DNA of 35,818 bases from a virus (taxonomy: Duplodnaviria; Caudoviricetes), in IMG/VR virus record IMGVR_UViG_3300014613_000057, positions 1-35,818 of that record. One strand, written 5' to 3'. The notes under the pieces are model-generated. The model saw nothing but the letters and a program-made list of their open reading frames with translations. It was not told where the DNA came from and ran no database searches. How positions within the stretch are numbered: position 1 is the first letter of the stretch; each line of letters opens with the position of its first letter. Both the position numbers and the translations under genes were made by a program. Shown here piece after piece: positions 18,470 through 26,117 of the stretch.

Positions 18470-18663
18470 TAGGTTTTCCTATAAACTCTACCGTCAGGAG
18501 TGTTAGTGTCATTCTTTCCTTTCTTTTCTTTAGTTTTAACTTCTCCACCAATAGATGAACCACCACCCTTCGGGATACATACATGTATATACTTTCCACC
18601 ACTAAGTGTTTTAGTTCTAACCTTGCCTCCACCGCTTACGCATTTGTCAAACTTTTCTGGCAA
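18469..18663 (-). CDS. Small basic Gly/Lys-rich hypothetical protein
   Basis: GAGGAGG RBS; TAATG-coupled to the portal. Confidence 0.7.
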   Translation of the reverse strand: MPEKFDKCVSGGGKVRTKTLSGGKYIHVCIPKGGGSSIGGEVKTKEKKGKNDTNTPDGRVYRKT

Positions 18664-18677
18664 TTTATTGTCCTCCT

Positions 18678-20264
18678 CTAAACATTCGCATACCTACTAT
18701 TCGCTTTAGCTCTTCCCCACTGACTAATATTAATTACATTACTCCCTCTATCCTCATCTTCATCACTTTCTACAGGAAAAACCATTGGGCGGTAGGCTTC
18801 GAAGTCTTCATCGAGCACACGAGCAGCGGCATCTAACATATCATCGTGTGGAGCGAAGGGGAAGAGAATTAGCTCTTCTTCGACGAAGGTCTTCACGAGG
18901 TCAATATTATCTTTGTACAGGGATTCAGGAAGGTAGACCTTACCATTTTCAAAGAGGGGGATGAGTCTCCTAATGCGGTCTTCCTTCCTTAGCTTCCCGC
19001 CCAATGGCTCAATAGTGAAATAAATTCCATCGATGAGCATCATCGTTTGGAAGTGTTCTATGTCGGCTTGCATCCCGTATTGTTCATAACCGACCTTACG
19101 TATGTTTGGCCAACGCTTGAGGAAATCTTTAAGTTCTCTCCAACGTTCAGTTAAATTAAACCTTCCTCGAATCATATCTACAAGGAAATAATTTCCAAGT
19201 GGATCAAGACCCCACAACCACATAACAGTATAATCACTACCGCTTCCTTGAGTCTTTCTAGAGGAAGCAGGATCGACGAGTAAAAATAAATTCAAAGCAC
19301 CTCTTGGGAGTTCTCTATAATACTTCACCCACATATGCTTAAACGTCTGGAGTTCTTCTGCTACAGGGTCTAGAAGCATCTGGCAGTTGTAGATGTAGGT
19401 ATTCCCTTGACACACTCTCTTCTTAAAATCTACTAATTCATCTACAGTCATAAGAACAGGTTTACCATCTACTATCCCTACTCTTTCTCTAACTGTCCAA
19501 CTTCCACTTTGTTTCATCTCTGAATAGGTGTCTGCAAAGTGATACCTCGTTCCTACTACTCTTACCTTACCTCCACGGGCTTTGAGGAATTGACTAAGCA
19601 CAAAAGCATCAGAGACCTTTTTAAGTTGTTCAGGAGTAGAGACAGAGGCTTGGGTGACTACATCGTCATAGACTCTAATAGTATAATGTTTACCAGTAGG
19701 CATACCATCCACCAAGCCACAAGCTTCTACAGAGGCTTCGTGGTAGACTCCTTGCCGACGTATAATAATACCCTCGTCCAACGACCATTTTGGTGATTGA
19801 CTATCAGGCTTAGGGTAGAGAACATCAGGGAAGAGAACTTTGAGTAAATCGTTTATTTCGAACGTAGTTTTAATAGAGTGTAAGAAGGCTTTAGCTATTT
19901 TGTTGGTGTGGGAGAAAATACAAATTCGTTCTTCGGGGTTCTTGAGAAGCTCTTGAATGACTAGACCATAAGTGAGTATACCCGTTTTATAGTGCTCACG
20001 GCTCCAGAGGTCTAATGTATCCTCATGGAGTTCCTCAACCTCACGTATTCTATCTACTATCCAAGGATGATTAACATCTTTCCTTCCCAAGACAAAGTAA
20101 AGTAAAAAGAACAAATCTGTTTTACAAAGGTCTCTACAAGTCAAACCAAAATCTACAATATTGTTGTAGTAGGCATAGGAGTTTAATTGACCAACTATAT
20201 CTTTATAGTTGTTCTTGTAGTTTGCACCTTTTTGGGGTTTGAATGTAAGAGTTGGTCGGCTCAT
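18678..20264 (-). CDS. terL: Terminase large subunit
   Basis: SREHYKT Walker A variant, TGKHY...YDD Walker B, VGTRYH, VDPA, GYE, HDDMLDA nuclease motifs. Confidence 0.93.
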   Translation of the reverse strand: MSRPTLTFKPQKGANYKNNYKDIVGQLNSYAYYNNIVDFGLTCRDLCKTDLFFLLYFVLGRKDVNHPWIVDRIREVEELHEDTLDLWSREHYKTGILTYGLVIQELLKNPEERICIFSHTNKIAKAFLHSIKTTFEINDLLKVLFPDVLYPKPDSQSPKWSLDEGIIIRRQGVYHEASVEACGLVDGMPTGKHYTIRVYDDVVTQASVSTPEQLKKVSDAFVLSQFLKARGGKVRVVGTRYHFADTYSEMKQSGSWTVRERVGIVDGKPVLMTVDELVDFKKRVCQGNTYIYNCQMLLDPVAEELQTFKHMWVKYYRELPRGALNLFLLVDPASSRKTQGSGSDYTVMWLWGLDPLGNYFLVDMIRGRFNLTERWRELKDFLKRWPNIRKVGYEQYGMQADIEHFQTMMLIDGIYFTIEPLGGKLRKEDRIRRLIPLFENGKVYLPESLYKDNIDLVKTFVEEELILFPFAPHDDMLDAAARVLDEDFEAYRPMVFPVESDEDEDRGSNVINISQWGRAKANSRYANV

Positions 20265-20341
20265 AACATCTCATAAACAACATTACCCACTACACCTATA
20301 AAAATCAACCCTATGAAGTAGTAGATAAATTCTTCAATCAT
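20261..20341 (-). CDS. 26-aa membrane peptide coupled to terL
   Basis: MIEEFIYYFIGLIFIGVVGNVVYEML; GGGGA RBS; its TGA overlaps the terL ATG. Confidence 0.5.
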   Translation of the reverse strand: MIEEFIYYFIGLIFIGVVGNVVYEML

Positions 20342-20367
20342 TCTAATTCCCCTACTCTATAAAAATC

Positions 20368-20474
20368 CTCATGGCAAGGGGTGCACACCCTACAGGCACC
20401 ATGAGTCGAAGGCTTGTTTAGTCCTAGACCAAACTATTGACCTTCTAAACCTTCCCTGCTAAGGTCCACGTGGC
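20368..20474 (-). ncRNA. Candidate structured RNA leader upstream of terL
   Basis: Several stems whose G-U pairs work only on the - strand (see findings). Confidence 0.4.
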
Positions 20475-20618
20475 TAATTATAGTTCTTATATTAACAATC
20501 CTTCCCATAAAACATTAACGACTCCGTTAAGTTTTTCTGGAGTTTGTAGAAATTCCAGGTATCTTTCCAGGTTTTGCCAATCACTTTAAAAGTTAGAATA
20601 GGACACACAAAACCTCCT

Positions 20619-20936
20619 TTACATCTCCTCTACTACAGGAAACATGGCAAGTATTCCCATCGCCGTAATGTTCGCATCAATCTTTACAGTTTTCTTTGCA
20701 TACACTCTTGCAAACACCCTACTCCACTTCTCAATATCCACATTCTCAAGTTCAGCCATTATTACTTTTGGAGGCTTTGCATCAAGCACCGCTTCGATTG
20801 CACTGTCTACTTTCTCTTCTATTACATTTCGAGAGGAGAGAATTCGTACAGGTTCTACTGCCCTTTGGGTTTCTTCTACCTCTAACAATTCCTTTGTTTC
20901 TTCTTCAAAATTATCCATATCAACATTATAACCCAA
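20619..20936 (-). CDS. Hypothetical protein, possible terminase small subunit
   Basis: First gene of the late operon; acidic/helical with a C-terminal KTVKIDANIT strand. Assignment is positional only. Confidence 0.45.
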   Translation of the reverse strand: MGYNVDMDNFEEETKELLEVEETQRAVEPVRILSSRNVIEEKVDSAIEAVLDAKPPKVIMAELENVDIEKWSRVFARVYAKKTVKIDANITAMGILAMFPVVEEM

Positions 20937-21235
20937 TTTATAAACCCCCCAAAACTTTACTTTCGATTAATTAAATTAAACGATTATGTAGTACTATGTG
21001 GGGGGGTGAGTGGTTGTTTTTCTCCTCCTCCCCCTCTCATTCTTCGGGTCAAGGGGGGTAGTAGAGCTATGAGTAGAGCAAGGCATGAGGTAAATTTAAG
21101 CAGAGTTAATTAATATAGATTGATAGAGTAGTAAGAGGGGTGGAGTGGTGGAGTGCTTAAGGGAGTGATTGTTTGAGTTTTTAACTGCTCATGCCTTGAG
21201 GCATGGACAAGTATAAACCATAGCACTCTACGCTA

Positions 21236-21252
21236 TGCAATAATCATGCCAA
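21236..21252 (-). promoter_or_regulatory. sigma54-type promoter TTGGCATGATTATTGCA facing the late operon
   Basis: GG-N10-GC with a full TGGCA-N6-TTGCA match. Confidence 0.65.
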
Positions 21253-21287
21253 AATTCAAGTAAATAAATAAATAAACCATGCCCAAG

Positions 21288-21305
21288 TTGGCATGATTAA
21301 TGCAA
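21288..21305 (+). promoter_or_regulatory. sigma54-type element TTGGCATGATTAATGCAA (divergent; antisense to the T5orf172 gene)
   Basis: GG-N10-GC spacing. Confidence 0.5.
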
Positions 21306-21308
21306 TAC

Positions 21309-21719
21309 TTAATCCTCTAAAATTATACTCTCTTCCGCATCTGGCATATCTATCATTCTTGTAGTTTTTATAATTCTCACTGGTTCTTGAGTAGTTTCAC
21401 TTTCTATACTTGCATCAGTTCTATACAAGTTCACTCTTTTCTTTTCTCTAAAGGGTTTGACTTTTATTTCCACCTTGCCCTCAAAAAAATTAACTAATTT
21501 TCTAATATCATTATGATAATTAAACCATTCATGATGCAAACGGTGCTCTTTAAACCTCTCGTGTAGAACACTCTCATTTAACTCAGGAGTTTCCCTTCTA
21601 AAGATAATCTTTAATTTAAGTGGACAACCACTAACCAAATCACTCATTCTCTTTTTAGGATTTTTAGTCCTGCCAATTTTTACATATAAATCAGTATAAG
21701 CCAGGTAAACAAAATTCAT
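21309..21719 (-). CDS. GIY-YIG-like T5orf172/MUG113-domain protein
   Basis: FVY...VKIGRT..P.KR...L..G.P, E..LH..F...R...EWF. Confidence 0.85.
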   Translation of the reverse strand: MNFVYLAYTDLYVKIGRTKNPKKRMSDLVSGCPLKLKIIFRRETPELNESVLHERFKEHRLHHEWFNYHNDIRKLVNFFEGKVEIKVKPFREKKRVNLYRTDASIESETTQEPVRIIKTTRMIDMPDAEESIILED

Positions 21720-21765
21720 AGTAGTTTTCTCCTTAAGTGTTTGTTTTTATTTCATAACTTGCTTT

Positions 21766-21793
21766 ATTTTATCATAAAAATCCGGGATTGCAA
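21766..21793 (-). promoter_or_regulatory. Possible sigma70 promoter (TTGCAA-16-TAAAAT with extended -10 TG)
   Basis: 47 bp upstream of the T5orf172 ATG; overlapped by the palindrome AATCC-G-GGATT, which repeats at ~21857. Confidence 0.4.
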
Positions 21794-21864
21794 TCTAAAT
21801 ATTTCACAGTCTCTGAAAAGTTAATTTATTAATAGTTTCAATAACTTAGGGCAAAAAATCCGGG

Positions 21865-22169
21865 ATTTATTTAGAAGCATTTAGAGGAAGTAATTGAAAT
21901 TATTGAATATTTAGGATTTAAGAGTTTTGTTTGGGAATAGAACTTCACAAATTCACAAGCTCTTCTTTTTTCTATACCTATACTTATATATATATATATT
22001 ATATATATATATTAAAATAGTATAGAATAGGTGCCAAGGGGGAAAAGTATAGGTATAGAAAGTGTAAAATTTTTTACACAAGTGTAAAATAAAGTGTAAA
22101 ATCCCTGCCTCCTCCTTCTAAATTTCTAAACCTTAAATATCCAATAATTTTAGACGCTTCCAGATAAAT
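21865..22169. other. Origin/terminus-like region: nested inverted repeats, (TA)n tract, iteron-like repeats
   Basis: 17-bp perfect IR at 21969-21985/22045-22061; outer imperfect IRs; AGTGTAAAAT at 22061, 22081 and 22093. Confidence 0.55.
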
Positions 22170-22523
22170 GAATTTAGAAAGCCATGCAAGTAAAATCAGC
22201 TACTTACCGAATTGTCTAATAACTGGGCATACTTACGAAGTTTAATAAATTCAAATACTTAGCCAAAAAGGTAATAATCAGCATAATTTAGCTAAAAACA
22301 TAATAAATTTAATAGCTTGAATGTGAGTGAGCATTCACATACCTTCAAAACTTAAATCAAAAATCATGCCAAACCCCAAACATTTTAGTTGACATAATAA
22401 CTTTATTTTTCAAAAGACCCTTGGTTACACTATTGCCTTGAGCCTTTTAGGCTCGCCACGGGGCTCTCAGAGCCTCATAATTTAGGCAAGCCAGCTAAAA
22501 TCCAAGGTTTGAGAAAATTAGAC

Positions 22524-22556
22524 AAAAAAATCCCCAAGCAATGAATAACTTGGGGA
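22524..22556 (-). terminator. Intrinsic terminator ending the leftward small-gene array
   Basis: TCCCCAAG-N10-CTTGGGGA stem followed by T7 on the - strand. Confidence 0.8.
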
Positions 22557-22573
22557 AGGTTAAAAGTTAAAAG

Positions 22574-22765
22574 TTAATACCAAGGATTAAAGGAAAACTT
22601 AGGATAAAGAGAAATTGTAAATCTTTTCTCTTTATACCTTAAAAACATAGCAATTCCCCTTTTCAATTCCCCACGAAAACCTTGGCGGTAAAAATCAAAA
22701 TAAAGGTTTTTAGTTATAGTAAATCCTAAGCAACCTAAGTTTTTAGCAGGATGATAAATTTTCAT
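22574..22765 (-). CDS. Hypothetical early protein
   Basis: AGGAGAAATAAAATG initiation region. Confidence 0.7.
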   Translation of the reverse strand: MKIYHPAKNLGCLGFTITKNLYFDFYRQGFRGELKRGIAMFLRYKEKRFTISLYPKFSFNPWY

Positions 22766-22784
22766 TTTATTTCTCCTCTTAATT

Positions 22785-22816
22785 CACTCCCCAAGCAAGG
22801 AATAACTTGGGGAGTG
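22785..22816 (-). repeat. Hairpin repeat copy 2 (CACTCCCCAAG-N10-CTTGGGGAGTG), no U-tract
   Basis: Near-identical to 22531-22556. Confidence 0.85.
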
Positions 22817-22833
22817 TTAAAGGTTAAAATTCA

Positions 22834-23040
22834 TTAAGGGTTTAACATAAATTCATATATTAAACCTAACATTCCCCTATCATGTTTTTGATTAAGACTC
22901 ATCATACGAAATGTCCATAGACCTCCCGTTTCTAAGTTTAATCCAATAGAGAGACAATCTGGATTTTTTTTAACAAAAACCAGAGACTTCTCATAAGCTT
23001 CATGGTAAGTTAATTCAATTCTGTTAAGCTTTTCATTCAT
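22834..23040 (-). CDS. Hypothetical early protein, paralogue of 23564-23773
   Basis: Start MNEKLN with AGGAGAAATAAAATG; shares IEL.YHEAY.KSL.FVKK.P.CL...GLW.FRM...GLIYEF.LNP. Confidence 0.8.
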   Translation of the reverse strand: MNEKLNRIELTYHEAYEKSLVFVKKNPDCLSIGLNLETGGLWTFRMMSLNQKHDRGMLGLIYEFMLNP

Positions 23041-23066
23041 TTTATTTCTCCTTTTAAAGTTAAAAG

Positions 23067-23312
23067 TTAGGATCCAAAACAAGTTTTTTGGAGTTTTTCA
23101 AGAAATTTCCTCAAGCAAAGAATAACTTGGAGACGGTTAAAAGTTAATTCGCTGGCTTTCGGTTCGGTCCAGTGATATGAGAAGTGAGGGGAAAACTCAT
23201 AACCGGCAAATCTCATTCCCTTATCTGGATGCTCTAAGACTTTTACCCGAAACGGCTTGAACCCTGATTTGAGTTTGTTAGCACGATGATAAATTTCGAC
23301 AACTTTTTTCAT
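23067..23312 (-). CDS. Hypothetical early protein (C-terminus reads through a degenerate hairpin repeat)
   Basis: AGGAGAAATAAAATG; hairpin copy 3 lies at 23108-23147 inside the ORF. Confidence 0.7.
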   Translation of the reverse strand: MKKVVEIYHRANKLKSGFKPFRVKVLEHPDKGMRFAGYEFSPHFSYHWTEPKASELTFNRLQVILCLRKFLEKLQKTCFGS

Positions 23313-23326
23313 TTTATTTCTCCTTT

Positions 23327-23560
23327 TTAACTTACTTGCAAGGCAATTTTCTTTACCTTCTCAAGCAAGTCATTAAAGTCTTGTTTAACTACTTTGTTAT
23401 AGTCCCTTTTGTTTACAGTTCCGTTAAAAAGCATAAAGTTGTAAGTTTCTTTCTTCCGGTCGTATTTTGCTTGTAACAGGTTATAATGAGATTTAACTAC
23501 ACCTTGAGCTAAGGTGTTACAATTAGCAATGAGGCGATTTAATTCAAGGAGTTTTTTCAT
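23327..23560 (-). CDS. Hypothetical early protein
   Basis: GAGGAG RBS, tightly packed in the array. Confidence 0.7.
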   Translation of the reverse strand: MKKLLELNRLIANCNTLAQGVVKSHYNLLQAKYDRKKETYNFMLFNGTVNKRDYNKVVKQDFNDLLEKVKKIALQVS

Positions 23561-23563
23561 AAA

Positions 23564-23773
23564 TTACTCCTCATTATCAGGATTTAATACAAACTCATAT
23601 ATTAAACCTGATATTTCTTTGCGTTGTTCGTGGTTTATTTTTATCATCCGAAAAACCCAGAGGCCATCAAGTTGTAAAAACAACTCAATGGGCAAACATT
23701 GAGGAAATTTTTTAACAAAATGCAAAGACTTTCCATACGCCTCATGGTAAGATAATTCGATTGTTTCTTTCAT
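23564..23773 (-). CDS. Hypothetical early protein, paralogue of 22834-23040
   Basis: GAGGT RBS; shared motifs as above. Confidence 0.8.
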   Translation of the reverse strand: MKETIELSYHEAYGKSLHFVKKFPQCLPIELFLQLDGLWVFRMIKINHEQRKEISGLIYEFVLNPDNEE

Positions 23774-23810
23774 AACTTTTTACCTCACTTTTAGTCATTT
23801 AACTCCTCAT

Positions 23811-23842
23811 CTATGCTCACAAAATTTCTCTTGTGAGCATAG
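23811..23842 (-). repeat. Intergenic 12-bp hairpin CTATGCTCACAA/TTGTGAGCATAG
   Basis: Perfect IR, flanked by the same GTTAAAAGTTA motif as the other array hairpins. Confidence 0.8.
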
Positions 23843-23856
23843 TAAAGAGTTAAAAG

Positions 23857-24255
23857 TTAATCCGCCAGTAAATCCTTTGCCGCTTGAGCAGAGTTCTTTT
23901 GAATTTCCTTGGCTTTTTCTAAAGTCAAGCCGTGCTCAGGGAATTTTGTGTTATACTTCTCGATTGCAACCTCAAGGGTCATATTCATTTTCTTTGCAGC
24001 ATCTATCAAGGCCAGAACATATGCCTTGTTAATTCCCTTGAGACCCGAAGGTGCAACTGCGCCAATCGGTTTGACATTATACTTCTTGCAAATGTCAGCC
24101 GAGAGCACAGCACCTTCCTTGTTAGTCAACTTGATTATACCGAAGGCAGCATCTGAGATTTTGCGCCGAAAACTTACGGCTTCAAACTCGAAGTCATTTT
24201 CCATACCAGGAACATACGGAGTAAACTTCCGGGTTACAAATTCACTTTTTGCCAT
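23857..24255 (-). CDS. Hypothetical early protein (132 aa)
   Basis: AGGGG RBS; natural composition. Confidence 0.8.
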   Translation of the reverse strand: MAKSEFVTRKFTPYVPGMENDFEFEAVSFRRKISDAAFGIIKLTNKEGAVLSADICKKYNVKPIGAVAPSGLKGINKAYVLALIDAAKKMNMTLEVAIEKYNTKFPEHGLTLEKAKEIQKNSAQAAKDLLAD

Positions 24256-24312
24256 AACTTTAATTCCCCTTTACTTTTATTTTTTGCCTTGACTAATGCC
24301 AAGGGTAAGACC

Positions 24313-24492
24313 TTAATAACTTTCCTTCTGAGTTTCGTACCTCTTATCAAGTTCATATTTGATTAAGTCAAGTAAAGTGTCTTGATTCTCATTCACCAAA
24401 ATCTTATCAAGACCTTCACTTACAATACGCAAAATTATTGCTTCAAGTAGAGAAGTTCCTTTACTATCTTTATCTGAAAGTTTCTCAAACAT
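24313..24492 (-). CDS. Hypothetical protein (59 aa), first gene of the leftward array
   Basis: Below the track cutoff. MFEKLSDKDSKG...QKESY; AAGGAGG RBS. Confidence 0.7.
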   Translation of the reverse strand: MFEKLSDKDSKGTSLLEAIILRIVSEGLDKILVNENQDTLLDLIKYELDKRYETQKESY

Positions 24493-24549
24493 CTTTTTCC
24501 TCCTTCTTAAATTTAGGTTTTTAATCAGCCGAAAGGCTAACTAATATGC

Positions 24550-24567
24550 TTGCAGTTATTGTGCCAA
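24550..24567 (-). promoter_or_regulatory. sigma54-type promoter TTGGCACAATAACTGCAA for the leftward array
   Basis: GG-N10-GC; predicted +1 near 24540, followed by a 5' hairpin (24521-24544) and the RBS of the 24492 gene. Confidence 0.65.
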
Positions 24568-24600
24568 TAGAGTGCTATAAATTCAAAAAATAGAGCGTTT

Positions 24601-24793
24601 TAAGTTATTGAAATTATTCAAGAATTTAACCATATTATATTATTCTATACTAAATAACTGTATAATCAGTTCAAAAAGTTGAACCAATTTTTAGTAATAA
24701 TTACTGAGATTTTCCATAAGTTATTGAATTAATTAGCTTTTTAGACTTTTTAAGGTTTCTCAATTTGATAATTCATTTGATAAGTTATTGATA
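24601..24793. promoter_or_regulatory. Three IHF-like sites (TAAGTTATTGA) at 24601, 24717 and 24781
   Basis: The reverse complement of the third, TATCAATAACTTA, matches WATCAANNNNTTR exactly. Confidence 0.6.
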
Positions 24794-24895
24794 TTATTAT
24801 ATAAAACTTATATAATAAATTCAGACACTTATGTTAATAATGCAATAAATTGGACCAATTGACACAAAAGCCTAAATTTACCATAAAAACCATAT

Positions 24896-24913
24896 TTGGC
24901 ATGATATTTGCAA
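24896..24913 (+). promoter_or_regulatory. sigma54-type promoter TTGGCATGATATTTGCAA
   Basis: Full -24/-12 consensus, facing the rightward operon. Confidence 0.65.
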
Positions 24914-25110
24914 TTAATGTTCTTCCTTTTATATAGGCACAAACCGGCCTTCAGCCTGGCTTTAATCTGAAATCTGACCGATTCTAAGCCTGCTGGCTGC
25001 TTTAATCATATCCTGGCAATAGCCAAGGTAAGGGCAAGGCCCGGTTCTTGCAATCTATCATCCTGGATTGCCATAAAAGGCAAAATTAAATTTCGCTTTT
25101 GTCGCTTCTA

Positions 25111-25126
25111 TGGCATGGTTATTGCA
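25111..25126 (+). promoter_or_regulatory. sigma54-type promoter TGGCATGGTTATTGCA
   Basis: Full -24/-12 consensus, 115 bp upstream of the first rightward ORF. Confidence 0.65.
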
Positions 25127-25240
25127 TATAAATCAGGGAAGGGATAAAATTGGAAAGGGCGCAGCCTAAATGAAAAGGAAAAGATGCAACTATAAATTTG
25201 TATAGTGTTTTAAAAAATAAAACAATTAGAGGGCTTAATA

Positions 25241-25339
25241 ATGATAAAAGAACTACAATATTATAATAAAGAAAGCTTAACTAAGGGTGTTATTATACTC
25301 ATAATAACTGGTATTTTGGTTAGTTGGTTGCTATCATAA
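25241..25339 (+). CDS. 32-aa membrane peptide
   Basis: MIKELQYY...GVIILIITGILVSWLLS; GAGG RBS. Confidence 0.5.
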   Translation: MIKELQYYNKESLTKGVIILIITGILVSWLLS

Positions 25340-25364
25340 TAAAAAGGAAAAGAGGAGAAAACAA

Positions 25365-25595
25365 ATGAATAAATTAATTGGAAGTTTAAATCAAGAATTG
25401 ACCTTGGTAAATGACTCCCAAGATGCAAAAGTGGTTCGTGAGCACCTAGGTAAAAGTTTAACAAGCTTAGAAAAAGCACAAGGTGAAAATTTCAACTCTT
25501 TTTTTGTTAAAACAGTTGAGGGTGATTATGCTGAGGTTTGGGGTTTCGAAGGTATTATACCTTATAATAATAAAAGAGCATGGCGTATTATCTAA
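25365..25595 (+). CDS. Hypothetical protein
   Basis: GAGGAG RBS; GDY.EVWG motif. Confidence 0.75.
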   Translation: MNKLIGSLNQELTLVNDSQDAKVVREHLGKSLTSLEKAQGENFNSFFVKTVEGDYAEVWGFEGIIPYNNKRAWRII

Positions 25596-25615
25596 AAAAG
25601 AAAAGAGGAGAAAAA

Positions 25616-25798
25616 ATGAAAAACTATAAAATTATTGTAGAAACAAAAACTCACCATGATTATTTTATTGATGCAGAAACTGAAAAGGAGACAAAAGAAA
25701 AATTTTTAGCCGATGACAATCCCTTTTGTAGCAGTTCCTATTCTCCTGATTGGCCTGATGTTCAAGAACCCAATATCATATCTATTGAGGAGACATAA
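25616..25798 (+). CDS. Hypothetical protein
   Basis: Start MKNYKI with the same AAAAGAGGAGAAAA RBS as the previous gene. Confidence 0.7.
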   Translation: MKNYKIIVETKTHHDYFIDAETEKETKEKFLADDNPFCSSSYSPDWPDVQEPNIISIEET

Positions 25799-25801
25799 TA
25801 A

Positions 25802-26116
25802 ATGAAACTCCAACTCCCCGAAGTTATCATCTGCACCTGCCACCATGAATTCACCATCACTCAACGCACCCCTTGTCCCAAGTGTAAACAAGTATTCCTC
25901 TCGCTTCAAGAAATTCGAGCTCGCAAGCTTGAAATTCAAAAGATAAGTAATCACTTGTCAGCTGAATACTCTATGTTAATTGCCGAAGAGTCAATTCGAG
26001 AATTGGGAATGAGGAGTAAGAAGTTTTATATTGCACCTAAAGTGTCGTTGAATGTGAAGTTAACTCGAAAAGAGAAATTGAATTTAGAGGTGGAAATGCT
26101 TTTGAGGGAGGTGTAA
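25802..26116 (+). CDS. Hypothetical protein with CxC...CPKC zinc motif
   Basis: GAGGAG RBS. Confidence 0.7.
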   Translation: MKLQLPEVIICTCHHEFTITQRTPCPKCKQVFLSLQEIRARKLEIQKISNHLSAEYSMLIAEESIRELGMRSKKFYIAPKVSLNVKLTRKEKLNLEVEMLLREV

Positions 26117-26117
26117 A

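Noticed and set aside
20492-20608. Short ORF after AGGAGG downstream of the putative terS
   Set aside because: One frame gives a 38-aa peptide with no features and the alternative frame hits TAA after 5 codons; I cannot decide, so it is not called.
830-20974. Many + strand ORFs in the left arm (e.g. 2218-2706, 3775-4245, 9828-10340, 16925-17545)
   Set aside because: Antisense shadows of well-supported - strand genes; no RBS or recognisable motifs.
22433-22489. Hammerhead ribozyme
   Set aside because: Three stems are present but the CUGANGA and GAAA core is missing on both strands.
22531-23147. CRISPR mini-array or integron attC sites
   Set aside because: Intervals are ~255-320 bp and contain whole genes; no cas or integrase gene; hairpins lack clear attC R/L box architecture.
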